A DNA stretch of 54,396 nucleotides from assembly GCA_001724265.1 (NCBI GenBank), contig MEDY01000195.1, positions 1 through 54,396 on the forward strand, written 5' to 3'. The notes under the pieces were generated by a model. The model was not told where the DNA came from. It saw only the letters and a program-made list of their open reading frames with translations, and did no database searches. Shown here one piece after another: positions 1-11,342 of this stretch; positions within the stretch are counted from its first letter, which is position 1; each line of letters opens with the position of its first letter. The DNA comes from Rhizaria sp. SCN 62-66. Lineage: Eukaryota. Made by a program: the position numbers and the translations under genes.

Positions 1-350
1 CGTCTTGAACGTCTCGGCGGCCTTGAGCTGTTCGTTGTGGTGCATGTCCGTCAGGGCCTTCATGCGGTCCTGCAGGGCAAAGATCTTCTGCGACAGCGTC
101 GTCGCCGTCGTGCGGCGTGCGCGGGCAGCTGGTGGTTCAGCACTTGGACCGTAATCTCGGCCACAAACAGGGAGCGCATACCGCTCTACTCGTCGAGGTG
201 GTTGTCGGTGGCGTTGTCGTAGGCCTCCATGAGACTGTCGACAACGTGGGCGAAGCCGCTGTTGTTCATCTTGGTGAACCACGCGCTCGCGTCAGGTGTG
301 AAAACACCCGGCCTGATGAAGCCGCCGTCGGTCTGATAGGATAGCTGGTC
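1..350 (-). pseudogene. Coding-like fragment running off the left edge (gene 5' part or decayed gene)
   Basis: Codon-biased minus-strand sequence MNNSGFAHVVDSLMEAYDNATDNHLDE* is followed, in another frame, by TTLSQKIFALQDRMKALTDMHHNEQLKAAETFKT. Joining them needs a frameshift or a 53-nt intron (181-129). No family recognised. Confidence 0.3.
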
Positions 351-437
351 TTACACGTCGATGTCATTTATTCAAAGCATACGCTCGATTTGCGCGCTGC
401 ACTGCGTACACGAGGAGGGTCTGCAACGCCACCGCAA

Positions 438-884
438 TTAGATGGCGTGGTCTAGCAGTGTCGCCAGCGGAACCGTGGTGCCCCGCATCACAGCGGCCAG
501 ATCGGTGACAAAGAGCCTGAACTTGCGGTCGGCGATGGCGAAGCTCTTGGCGGCGCCGTGGTCGCGGTAGGCCACGACAAGGTGCGCCATGAGCCCGGCC
601 ACCTTGCCGCGGTCCTCGGCCGCGATGTGCACGGCGGGGAACTGCGGGTGCGCGAAGGCGTCGCTGAGCCACGCGGCGACCAGGTCCGCGGGCGCTGAGT
701 AGAGTAGCGCGAGCAGCGCCGAGGCGGCGCGCGAGATCATGTCCTGCGGCAGCAGTGGGACTCCGCCCAGCGCGAAGATGAGCGCGCGCGCGAGCAGCCC
801 GCCTGCGCGCGCCGCGGGGGGAAACAAGACCACGGCCACCCCGGGCACAGCCACGCCGAAGTGTCTCTGCTGTTGTTGTTGCTG

Positions 885-933
<49 letters not shown>

Positions 934-3900
934 TGGCCGCGGGCGTGGGGGATTGCGGTGGCACCCTCCATGAGCATGGAGCCGAGCCCGATCTCGCGGC
1001 CGACCGAGTTGGCGGCGCAGCCCATGCTGCCCGCGCACAGGTCGCGGCCCTCGCAGCGGCCCGTGGTCTGCGACGACGGACACAGCCGCGCAAACGGCGG
1101 CGCGGCGCGGTCCACGTCGCGGAACGCGGCCGACATCCACAGCAACGCGCCGCGGCCGGCGCCCGACTCCGACACGCCGGGCCACGGCAGCGCGGCGGCG
1201 GCGACGGCGGGCGGCACGGCCAAGGCCGACAGCCCGCCGTCGGGCGCGCGCAGCAGCGGCGGTACCACTGTTGACAGCAGCAGCGCGTTGAACGCGTCGG
1301 CCTGCGCGAGCGCCGAGGACGTGCTGCAGCCGCCGCCGCCGCCGCCGCCGCCGCTGCTGCTGCCGCCGCCACCGGGGCTCGCGGCGCCCGCGGCGTTGTA
1401 GGCGGTGCGGCGCGGCGACGAGGCCAGCGCCGAGTCGCCCAGCAGATCTGGCCACGCGCCTGCGCTGGGGGAGCTGCTCCCGCCGTTGTGCGCCGTGCCG
1501 CCGAAGCCGTGCGCGCCCATCCCCATCCCCATCCTCATCCCGATGCCTTGGCCGCCGTGGCCGTGGCCGTGGCCGTAGCCGTCGGGGCTGCTGTGGCCGC
1601 CCCAGGTCGCGGCGCCGGCCGTCGAGTCGGGGGGCGCGAGCCCGCCTGTGCCGCCAGTGCCGCTGCCAGTGCTGTAGAGCACGCGCGAGCGCCACAGCGC
1701 GTCGTCGCGGGCCGCCGCGGTGTAAAAGGCCGTGACGAGCTCGAGCACAGCGCGGGTGAGCGCGCGGTCCGCGGCGGCCTCGGCCAGGCAGCGCGCGAGC
1801 AGCTCGGCGACCGTGGGCAGCAGGCCGCGCGAGAGGTAGAACATGGGCCCGTAGAGCAGGAACGTCTGGTCCGCCACGGCGGCCTCGGCGGCGGCCTCGG
1901 TAGCGTCGGCGCCCGCGCTGTCGGCGGCCGCGGCGCCGGAGAAGGTCGGCGCCACCCCCAGCCCGGCCGTGACGCACTGGCATAGCGCGGTGAGCGCGTC
2001 GGCGTGCGCGAAGACGACGCCCGTGGCGCCCGACGGCGAGTGGTAGTCGAGCCCCGGTGCCGCGTAGGCAGTCACCACGTCGGCCGAGTGCCGCAGGAAG
2101 GCCACGAGCGTGTCGGCGAAGATGGGGTGCGCGGCGGCCGTGTCGCCCATGCTCGTGATCGCGGCGCCCACCATGTACAGCGGCGGCGCCGAGAGCACCA
2201 TGGGGTACGATGACAGCGCGCGCGCGGCGGCGGCGGCGACGCCCTCTGCGGCCGCGGTGACGGCGAGGTCGGGCGAGAAGAGCACCGTGGGCGGCGGGAA
2301 CTGCGTGTAGATGAAGGACGTGAGCAGGCAGCAGCTGGGCGTGATGTTGTGCACGCGATTGCCGCACGTCTCGATCATGAGCGCCAGCACGTTCATCAGC
2401 ACCTCGACCGCCGACGTCAGCGGCGACTCAACGAACGACGACGAAGCGCTGTTGGCCCCGCCGCCGGTAGTCGCGCCGCCGCCTCCGCCGCCGCTGCCGC
2501 CGCCGCCGCCGCCCGCGCCGCTGCTGGAGAGGCCCATGGGGACGCGGCTGACGTACGTGCCCAGCGAGCGCGTGGCGCCGCCGTAGATGCGGTCGCGCTC
2601 GCTCACGGCGCCCGCGCCCGCGTACACGATCGTGGCGGGCGACTCGGGCATCTGCGGCCGCGCCGCGCGCGCGAAGGGCAGGCGCGCAAGCGCAGGCACG
2701 AGGACGCCGAACTCGTGCGCGCTGGGCGCGGCTTCGGCAGCGACCGTGGCGGCGGCCAAGCGAATCGTCTCGCCCGTCTCGACGCCCTCGACCGCGGGCG
2801 CCGCGGCCCCGCCGCCGCCGCCCGGCGCGCCGCCGGGGCCGCCGCTGTCCAGGTAGGGCGCGGGCACGGCCCAGGGCGTGAGCGGCTGCGGCAACTCGTC
2901 GAAGAGCGGCGGCGAGAAGGACAGCGGCGCGCCGTGCGGCGTGGTCAGCGAGACGAAGACAAAACGCTGGATGGACATGTTGTTGTAGGTGAAGACGTGA
3001 GAGAGCCCGCGCGAGGCCATGTTGAAGCACTCGATGTCCTCCTGCGCCAGGATGTGCGTCAGCGCGCTGAAGTCGAGTGGCACTGAGCCCGAGCCCGCGC
3101 CGCCTTCGCGTTGCAGCAGCTGCTGCTGCTGGTGCAGCTGGTCCTGCTGCTGCTGCTGCAGGTGGCGTTGGATCTGCTGCACGTTGGCGACGACCGAGGG
3201 CGCCGAGGTCGAGGCCGCCGCGGCCGCCGCGGCCGCCATCTGTGGCGTGTCGAGGCCCAACGCGCGCGGTAGCGCCGACGCGGCCTCGGGGCCCGGGCCG
3301 CAGACGCCGCAGGCCTGCGCCCACATGGCCGCGGCGGCGACGCGGCGGCCCACAAAGGCGGCGTTGAGCGTGGCGGCCGTGTCGGCGAGCAGCGCGCTCC
3401 AGCCGCGCGAGGCGGCAATGACGGCCTCGTTGGCCTGGATCAGCGGGCGGCACGCCGTCGCCGCGGCGGGCGCACCCAGCGCCGAGGGCAGGCGCGCCAT
3501 GACGCGCGCTAGCGACAGCGCAAACTGCGAGAGCGAGAGCGCGCCGAGGCAGGGCGGCGGCGCAAACGACACGAGCGCCGTCTCGAGCGTCAGCGAGGGG
3601 AAGTTGGGGTCGAACATGTGTGCGAGCGAGCCCGCGGCGTCGTGGTACGCGCCGGGTGAGGCAGCCCCACGCTCGATGGCCGCCAAGTGCTGCGCGGAGA
3701 AGATGGAGAAGAAGCCGGCGAGCAGTTCGACCGAGGCGGCGACGGTGCCGGCGCACTCGCGCGTGAGCGCCTCGAAGGCCGAGGCGGCAGGGTGCGAAGG
3801 CAGCAGCATCGCCATGCGCATGTCGTCAAACGCCAGCTCCATGTGCGCCTTGGCACCAGAGGCCGAGGAGAATGGTGGCAGCAGCGACGTGCGTGCGGCC

Positions 3901-6900
3901 CCGCCGCCGCTGCCCTCCTTGGCACCGCCGCCGCACGCGGGGGTGGGGTTGCGGATGGACTCGGCCAGGTCGATGCCCGCGGCGTGGGCCTGCGCGATGG
4001 CCGCCGTGGCCGCCTGCGAGAGTAGCGCCGAGGCGTGGATGAAGATGGTGTGGCAGCTCTGGCGCGGCAGCGGCGCGGCGGCGAGCGCGAGGCAGTAGAG
4101 GTAGCGGCCGATGGGCAGGATGAAGCGCGGCAGGCACTGCGGTAGCAGCCAGGCGTAGGTGGCAAAGAGCCGACACACAAGCAGCACGTACGTCGCGTCG
4201 GCCGTGGCGGCTTCCATGTTGGGGATCTGCGACATGACGGCCTGCAACACCTCCTCGCGGCCGCCGATGCTGCCAGTGCGTGGCCCGATGGGCTTGAGCG
4301 AGAAGAACTGCACCGCGGCGACGTTCGACGCCGCCGTGGCCGTGGCGGGGAATAGCGACAGCAGATGCTCGAACAGCGGGCCGAAGAGCAGCCGCAGGAT
4401 GTAGCACTGGTCGTGGTACGTCAGCGCCGCCGCCGCGCCTCCGGAGTCGGCGAAGTCGCCTCTCGCACCGCTGCTGCTGCTGCTATTGTTGTGGTTGTGG
4501 CTGCCGTGGTGGCTCGTCTCAGCCGCGGCGAGGCCCAGCAGCCGCGAGGACGTGCCGTCGCGGGACCAGCCGGCCGCGAAGCCCAGCCCGCCCCCCGCGG
4601 CCGCGCTCACCGAGCTGGCCGCGGCCTTCATCGCCTGGAAGCAAACAAGAAATACCAAAGCGGATGATTCGATATAAGGCAAAAGTGAGATCGAAAATGA
4701 GTTTTGAAATCCAATATAGAAAATATTAAAAACGCATGCATTAATGTTCGTTTTATATCGGTTTCGCTCTCTGAGCGGCGTACCTGTCGCTCCTTGGTGG
4801 CGAGCGTCTCTAGCGCCTCGCGGGTGTGGGGCGAGACCGACAGCAGACAGCGCAGCGTGGCCGACGCGAAGGCCGAGAACGGGATGTTCGCGAACAGACG
4901 CCGGATGTGGCTGGGCTCAGCGGCAAGCGCGGCGGCGGCGGCGTGGCCCATGTTGGCGACGAGGAACTCAGGCGGGTTGGCAAAGACGAGCGGCGACACG
5001 AAGGGCGGGAGTGGGTGCACCAAGTTGTGCTGGACGAGGTAGTCCAGGTCCGGGTGCGTGATGCCTAGCGAGCGGATCAGCAGGAACACGGCCGAGTGCC
5101 GCAGGATGGCGAAGAGGTCGCCGATGGCGTCCTCAACCTGCGCCACGTAGAGCTCGACCTCGTCCGACTGCTCTGGCTCGTCGTCCGAGCGCGAGCGCGT
5201 CACCACCACGGCCGCCAGCTCCACTTGCAGCGCGGGCGACAGCTCCAGCCACGCAGTCTCGGGGTAGAACGCGCCGTTCGCCGCCTCGCCGCCGCCGCCG
5301 CCCTTGCTGTTGAGGAAAGCGACGCGCGTGAAGTAGCACCCGTACGGGTTGTCGTCATTGTCGCAGTTGCCGTCCGCGCAGGCCTGAGCCCCAGTGTCCG
5401 CGCCCGCGCCGGCGCCCGCGGCGGCGGCGGCGGCGGCGGTGGCCGTACCGACGGTGGGCAGCCCCGCGGCGGCGAGCCCGCGGTTGGCGGCGGCGGTCAC
5501 CACGGCGGCGGGCGCGCCCGCGGCGGCGGCGGCGGCGGCCTCGGCCAGCGCGGCGGCCTCGGCGCCGGGACGCTCGCCGCCGCACAGCACGATGGGCGGC
5601 ACGGCGGCCGCGCCCGCGGTCGGCGAGGAGATAATGTTGCCCTGCGCGTCGAGCGAGCTGTCGCCCAGAGGCAGGGTCACGTCGCCGTTGTCGCCCTATG
5701 TGATCAGCAGAACAAAAGCAAAGGAAGGAACAAACGCGAAATGAGAATTTGAGAGGATATACGCGTTTTAGAGCGATGAGAATTTGGGGATAAAGATCGG
5801 GTATATAATAATAAGCTACATGTAGGAAATAACAAATATTTCCTGATGAAACAATTTATATGCGTCCGACATCCTCTGTTACGTGAAGCCTCGATGACGT
5901 ACCTGGCAGAGGATCCAGTAGGGCGCGAGGCCCGCCGAGGTGAGCTGCAGGATGAGCACGTGGAAGACGATGAGGCTGAGGCGCTCGCGCATGACGGCGC
6001 AGCGCTTGCGCGTGGGCACGGTCTGCAGCGCCGTGAAGTAGGGCATGACGAGCGCCGACACGCGCGTGCGCTGCGGGTGAGCCAGCATGCACACCATGCA
6101 GTTGGTCAGCGACAGGCTCGCGTTGTCGCCGTTGACGATATAGTACGTCTCGTATTCAGCAAGCGCCAGCGTCACCAGCGCGGCGGCGCGGGAGGCCGCG
6201 TCGGCCGCGACGGCGTCCATGTAGGCGCGCGAGAAATCCGAGTGGCACGGGAGGGGGATGCAGCCTTGGCTCGCGGCGGCAGCGGCCTGCGGGGAGGAAA
6301 TAACAAAGCGAATAGAAGAGAATATACAGTAGAGTATATGAGTGGAATTTGATAATATATTTTGCAAACATGTGTGAAATATAAAAGAGGCATCATTGAT
6401 TAAAAAAAGTATCATCGATAACGTCTAATATCACCATAAAGTAGCCCACACATACCTGGTCGCGCATGGGCACGAGCATTCTGTTGGCCGCGGCGCTGCC
6501 GCTGCCATTGGTGCTGCCGCTGCTGAGCGATGCGCTAACGGTGGCCTGCGCCCCCTGCACCCAGTCCTCGGTGTCCGGCACCGCGTAGCACGAGTAGGTG
6601 CGGCGGATGGCGAGCTTGGTGACGGCGGCCAACCCGCTGGCGAGGATGACGACAGTCTCGTCGTGGCCCGCGGGCCGCGGGTACGACTGCGCGGCGAGCG
6701 CCTCGGTGAGGATCGCGGCCGCAGTCTCTGTGTGCGGGTCGTGGGTCATGAGCGTGACGAGCGCGAGCGGCAGGAAGCCGCTGCCCGCGGTGCGCAGTGT
6801 CGCCACCGAGTCCAGCAGCGGCGCCCAGGCCGCCAGGCACGTCAACACGCGCGCCGTGAGCGTGGCCGGGAAGACGGCGTTGAGGTCCGCAGCGACGGCC

Positions 6901-7988
6901 ACGCGGCACAGCGGCGCGCCCACGTGCATGGTGAGGATGGAGCGTACGCGGACCAGCGGCGTGGGCAACAGAGCGGCCGCGGCCGCGGAGCCGGCCTCGT
7001 AGGCGGCGGCGTAGAGCGGGATCGCGTGAGGCGCCACCGCGGGGTCCGCCGAGAGCAGGAATGGGTACAACGGGGCCAGCAGGTGGTCGCAGAGCGCGAC
7101 GACCGAGTCCGCGAGCGCCGACAGCGCGGCCGACACTTCACTGTCGCGGCGGAACGAGAGCGCCGTGCGTGACCGCTGTTCCGCCAGCGCCGCCGCCAGC
7201 TCCAGCGCCAGCAGCGCCTCGGGGGGCGGGATGCCCGCGACCACGCCCGCGCCGGAGGTGGCGCTGGCGCTTGTGGCGGTGGAGGCGGAGGCGGCGGCGA
7301 GCGCGGCGGAGAGGAACTGGTCGACCGAGTTGTCGACGAGGGCCTGGAAGGCAGCGACGGAGGCGAGCTTGCTGGTGATGAGCAGCGCGAGCCGCGAGTA
7401 GGGGGAGCTCGGGGGCACAGGCGCGGGCGCCAGCGCGGCCGGCAGCCGCCACCAGTACTGGCCCTGCGTGCCCCGCATGCCGTGGGCCTGGGCCTGGGCC
7501 TGGGGGCCCTGGGGCGGGAGCTGGCCCTGTTGCCGCAGCTGCGCGTGCAGCGCGGCCAGGTCGCCCGCAGCCGCCGCGGCCGTCTACACCAGCACGGCGT
7601 GCATGGCGGCGCAGCGCAGCGAGAGGTGGTGCTGCAGCAAGCGGCGCACGCCGTCCTTCTCGTCCTCGCCCGCGGTGGTCCACACGAGACGCACCTTTTC
7701 CTCGACCAGCGACGCGCCGTAGTGTTGCGAGTGCGCCGCCGCGCACAGCGCGCTGTCGCCGCCCTGCAGCAGCGCGTGCGCCACGTCCCACGCGTACGGC
7801 GACGCCGAGAAGGCGTTCAGGAGCGTCTGCGCCGTGGGGTCGCCGGTGGTGTAGCAGGCCGAGATGATGGCCAGCAGCGTGTCGGCGGGGGGCGGCGCGG
7901 AGGGGTCGATGCCGAACGGCGCGCACGCGGCCGCCAGCGCGGCGAAACGCTCGTCAGCGGCGGCGGCAGCGGCGGCGGCGGCGGACAT
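438..7988 (-). CDS. Importin-beta family karyopherin, importin-13/transportin-SR-like (~2,341 aa, expanded by low-complexity inserts; one in-frame TAG)
   Basis: Exons 7988-6456, 6286-5903, 5695-4784, 4634-438 join in frame across AT-rich GT-AG introns (7026 nt); stop is TAA. The N-terminus LLNAFSASPYAWDVAHALL...HYGASLVEEKVRLVW resembles an IBN_N domain. The C-terminus AWLSDAFAHPQFPAVHIAAEDR...KFRLFVTDLAAVMRG resembles the end of importin-13. The model requires reading through TAG at 7586-7584. Confidence 0.8.
867..935 (-). repeat. CAG/CAA trinucleotide repeat encoding 23 Gln in the karyopherin
   Basis: A ctg/ttg run on the + strand translates to Q23 in ORF 438..4682. Confidence 0.9.
7584..7586 (-). 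other. In-frame TAG (codon 135) inside karyopherin exon 1
   Basis: ...GTG CTG GTG TAG ACG GCC GCG... ORF 7584..8321 and ORF 6393..7478 are in the same frame, separated by 105 nt of open GC-rich sequence. Confidence 0.85.
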
Positions 7989-9855
7989 GGTTCGGCGCGA
8001 GGACGCGGGCGCGTGTCTGTCTGGGTGGGGAGGGGGGCGGGGGGAGTGTTCAGTCAGACTGCGGTTGCGACTGAAAGGGTTACAAAGTGCGGGCGCGGGC
8101 GCAGACGCGAGAGGCACGCGCAGGGGCGGAAATGGGCGTAGAGAGTGTAGTGTGTAGTTGCAAGGGAAGATGATGCGCAGACAGGCGCGGAGATGGAGCC
8201 CGGGGGGGCGTGGATGCGAGGCGGGACGATGCGACGTCGGCCGGGCTTGCAGCTGGGAGAGACAGGTGTCTGGAGGGCTGGAGCGGCGGATAAACGAAGT
8301 GTTAAGAGTAGATTTAGGCAAATTCGTGCATGCAGTGATTAAGCGCGGTGCATATTTTCAAAGGCATATTGATTGTGGCGACAAAAACCAGGGTAGGAGT
8401 GCGGGAAGAGGGGGTGGAGTGAGAGGGAGACAAAAGCTCTATAGGAAGGATTTGGAGGAGATGCGGTCGTCACAGACAGAAATCTAATTGTCCACAATAT
8501 GCAATCAAGTCACAAACATCCGTGTTTGAAATTAGATTTCAATCTAAGATAATGTCGAAACCGGTTGAAGCGGAAATGCATTCGCGACCAAGCGTCTCGG
8601 TATCAGAAGAGCTGGGCTTTTTTTGCGAACCACAGCGGACGCGCAATGACCATGACCAATGATGACAAAAGTTCAGGCTTGTGACCGCATCGATATAAAG
8701 CACAGTTTTATTTGGAACATCTGCAGTAGCATAGCACAGGCGCTGTTTTCTCTTAGTGTTAATGCATGGCATCACGAGATTGTGCTGAGCTAATGCTGTC
8801 AGGAGTGAGGAGATTTTGCCATGCTCGAAGTTGAGTCGAAAAGGATAAGGGGCTGAGTTGTTTAAGTGGGTCATGTTTGAATGTGTATGTTATGTAGTTT
8901 TTAAGGTGGTCAAATGTGTGCTGTTGCGTTTAAAGGAGTTTGTTCAGTCATGCTCTCATCGCTGTGGACCTCAATCGAGGTCATGCTTGCTGTTCGCAAC
9001 AAAGAAAGTAGACAATGCTACTTGCGATATTGGATTGTAATGGCTACGATATGAATTAATCCCCGACTTTAGTATGCACATATACTATTTGTATTCTCTT
9101 GTGTGGTTTCATATCTTTACGCTGTACTCACGCCTCTAGAATGGTTGTGAGATGAGAGACTCGTTTCATGGTTATTGAGTCTCGGCTTTCCGTAATCCCA
9201 CGTCTAGTGCGTCGTAGAAAGTGAAAAATGACGTTCAACCTCGATTCTATTATTGTTACATGCGTGCAAACCACCATGTATGTTAATTTGATTGCCTAAT
9301 GTACACCTAAGACTGATGTTGCTTTACAGTGAGGCCTTGGGAGACAAGCAAGGAGGCAAAGACATTTGGTGGCGGGAGAATAAAACACGCAAACGCTGCG
9401 TGTCAATTTGCCCAGATCGACACCAACGACTGCGGCGTATACATACAGGCATTGCATATACTATATTCAAACGACAAACTCATATGTGTTGATCTTCTAT
9501 CGATTACGCCTCGATATGTGCTTTGCGTTGGATTCCTCGTCTTGACGGTCGAGGACGAGTCAGCAGGATCAAATCGCATTGGATCTCGATATAACCTCCG
9601 TCAAACGGGCTGCCACAAGCACGGCGCTACTAAATATGAGGTGATGTATTTGTCCCATTTACATCTTCACTATACTCTCTTAATGTGATGTCTAGCACCT
9701 CTTAAACTACCGCGCTCTCATCCGCGTCCAGACTCACCGTCCCTCTAATTTCCCTCGCACCGTCTGTCCAGTCCGTCTTTCTTTTTCTGCTCTCTTACAC
9801 TCTTGGCCAAACAACTCATCCTTGAGCGCCGACCCCCCATTGCGTGGCATTCACG

Positions 9856-10476
9856 ATGTCCACTCCCGACACCCCCAACGCTGCTGCCGCAGCCTCGACT
9901 GTTGTTGCTCCCGCTTCGGTCGACTCAAGCTCTGCCGCTGCCGCTGCCGCTGCTGTGAGCGTCAACAGCGACGCCACCGCTGCCACCCAGTCTAACTCTG
10001 GCAGCGACAGTGACCGCGATCATGAAAATGACGGCAATGTCAGTTAGAAGACTGACAAGGCTGACAAGGCCCCTGTCGTCGCGGAGGCGCCCCAACACGT
10101 GGACATCACGGACCCGCTGGAGATCAAGCACGCGCTCGACTCGGCGCTCTACTCGCTCTTCGTCGACACCTACGGCTTTGCGCCCAACAACGTGCTATCG
10201 AACATCCGCATCGCGCTCTCGCTCGCGGGCGTCGCCATCGCCGGCGTCGCCTACCTGGTCTACAAGGACCTGCAGTCGCCGCACCACGTCGCCATGTCGC
10301 ACGCGCTCATCCTCGCCTACTTCGCGCTGCAGGTCGCGCTGACCGTGTTTACCATGTACTGCGTCGGCAGCGAGCTCGCGCGCTTCCAACCCCTCACCGC
10401 CGACAAGGCTGGGAAGAGCGGTTCCGGCAAGGGCGGGGACAGCACGCGCGCTGCTGCTGCTGCTATCAATGGTGCT

Positions 10477-10511
<35 letters not shown>

Positions 10512-10959
10512 TGTGATGGAGCTGTCCGCGGCGGCGCGCGGGGTTGTGTCATCGCTGCAGTCAGCGCAGCATGGGCTGCGGATCACCACGTCGCTGCCCC
10601 ACTACGAGACCGACTACACGGTCACTTTCGTCGTACGTCTAGAGCGAAACCGCGAACCACTACTCTGCAACAAACCAAGAAACATATCCCACAATTGCAT
10701 TTTTATTACTCTTATTTAATATCTGAATCAATCGAAGCTGCAATCAATCTGTACATTTGTAGCTCATATTGACTCACCTATATGCAATCCTCTTTAACTC
10801 AACCCCCGCTTACCGCATCTTGTCTCCGCGCAGCTGGGCGAGACGACGTGGTCGCAGACGTTGCAGATCACCGAGTTTTTCGACACGCGCGGCGTCTTCC
10901 TGCCCCAGCGCTTCACCGACGCGATCGAGCTCGCCGCCGTGAACCCCAAGCACAAGTAA
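9856..10959 (+). CDS. SPCS2: Signal peptidase complex subunit 2 (SPC25 family), ~300 aa; one in-frame TAG
   Basis: Exons 9856-10632 and 10834-10959; stop is TAA. Motifs: DITDPLEIKHALD, YGF..NNVLSNIRIAL, two TM helices, C-terminal SLPHYETDY...ITEFFDTRGVF. The only in-frame ATG upstream of the domain lies before the TAG at 10045-10047. Confidence 0.85.
10045..10047 (+). other. In-frame TAG (codon 64) inside SPCS2 exon 1
   Basis: ...AAT GTC AGT TAG AAG ACT GAC AAG... The frame continues into ORF 10099..10719 (offset 51 nt). Confidence 0.85.
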
Positions 10960-11230
10960 ATGGGGGCACATTAAGAAAATATCTGTCGCTTGAATAGGTG
11001 GTTTGATGATGGAGACGCATGATACATTGTTAATATACTTTTTTACGTCTCAATTACGACTCTTTTTGTATTTTTTGTTCTTATTATTTGAAATGTGTCT
11101 GTACCTGCAATTGGTTAGAGACAAATGTGTCACTCTTTGTGGGTGGAGACATAATCATACTGAAAGATTCATTTTTGAAAAAAACATTTTGTATTCCGAA
11201 ACAACGTGGATTTCTGCACAGAATGCAGTT

Positions 11231-11244
11231 TTTATTTGAATAAA
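11231..11244. terminator. Putative back-to-back poly(A) signals (TTTATT-TG-AATAAA) between the convergent SPCS2 and giant ankyrin genes
   Basis: AATAAA on + at 11239-11244 and on - at 11236-11231, in the AT-rich gap between the two stop codons. Confidence 0.4.
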
Positions 11245-11342
11245 TAAAGTACAAATATTACAATGAATTACCCCCATCAATGTAGCTATCTTATATCAGC
11301 TAAGTATTATCATTCGATTATTTTGTTCAGTTAAGTTGGTGT

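Noticed and set aside
8539-8874. 111-aa minus-strand ORF in the intergenic region
   Set aside because: No recognisable motif and the codon usage is unlike host genes.
7584-10047. Selenocysteine or pyrrolysine insertion as the explanation for the in-frame stops
   Set aside because: Sec uses UGA and Pyl is not known in eukaryotic nuclei. The sites are non-catalytic positions in unrelated proteins.
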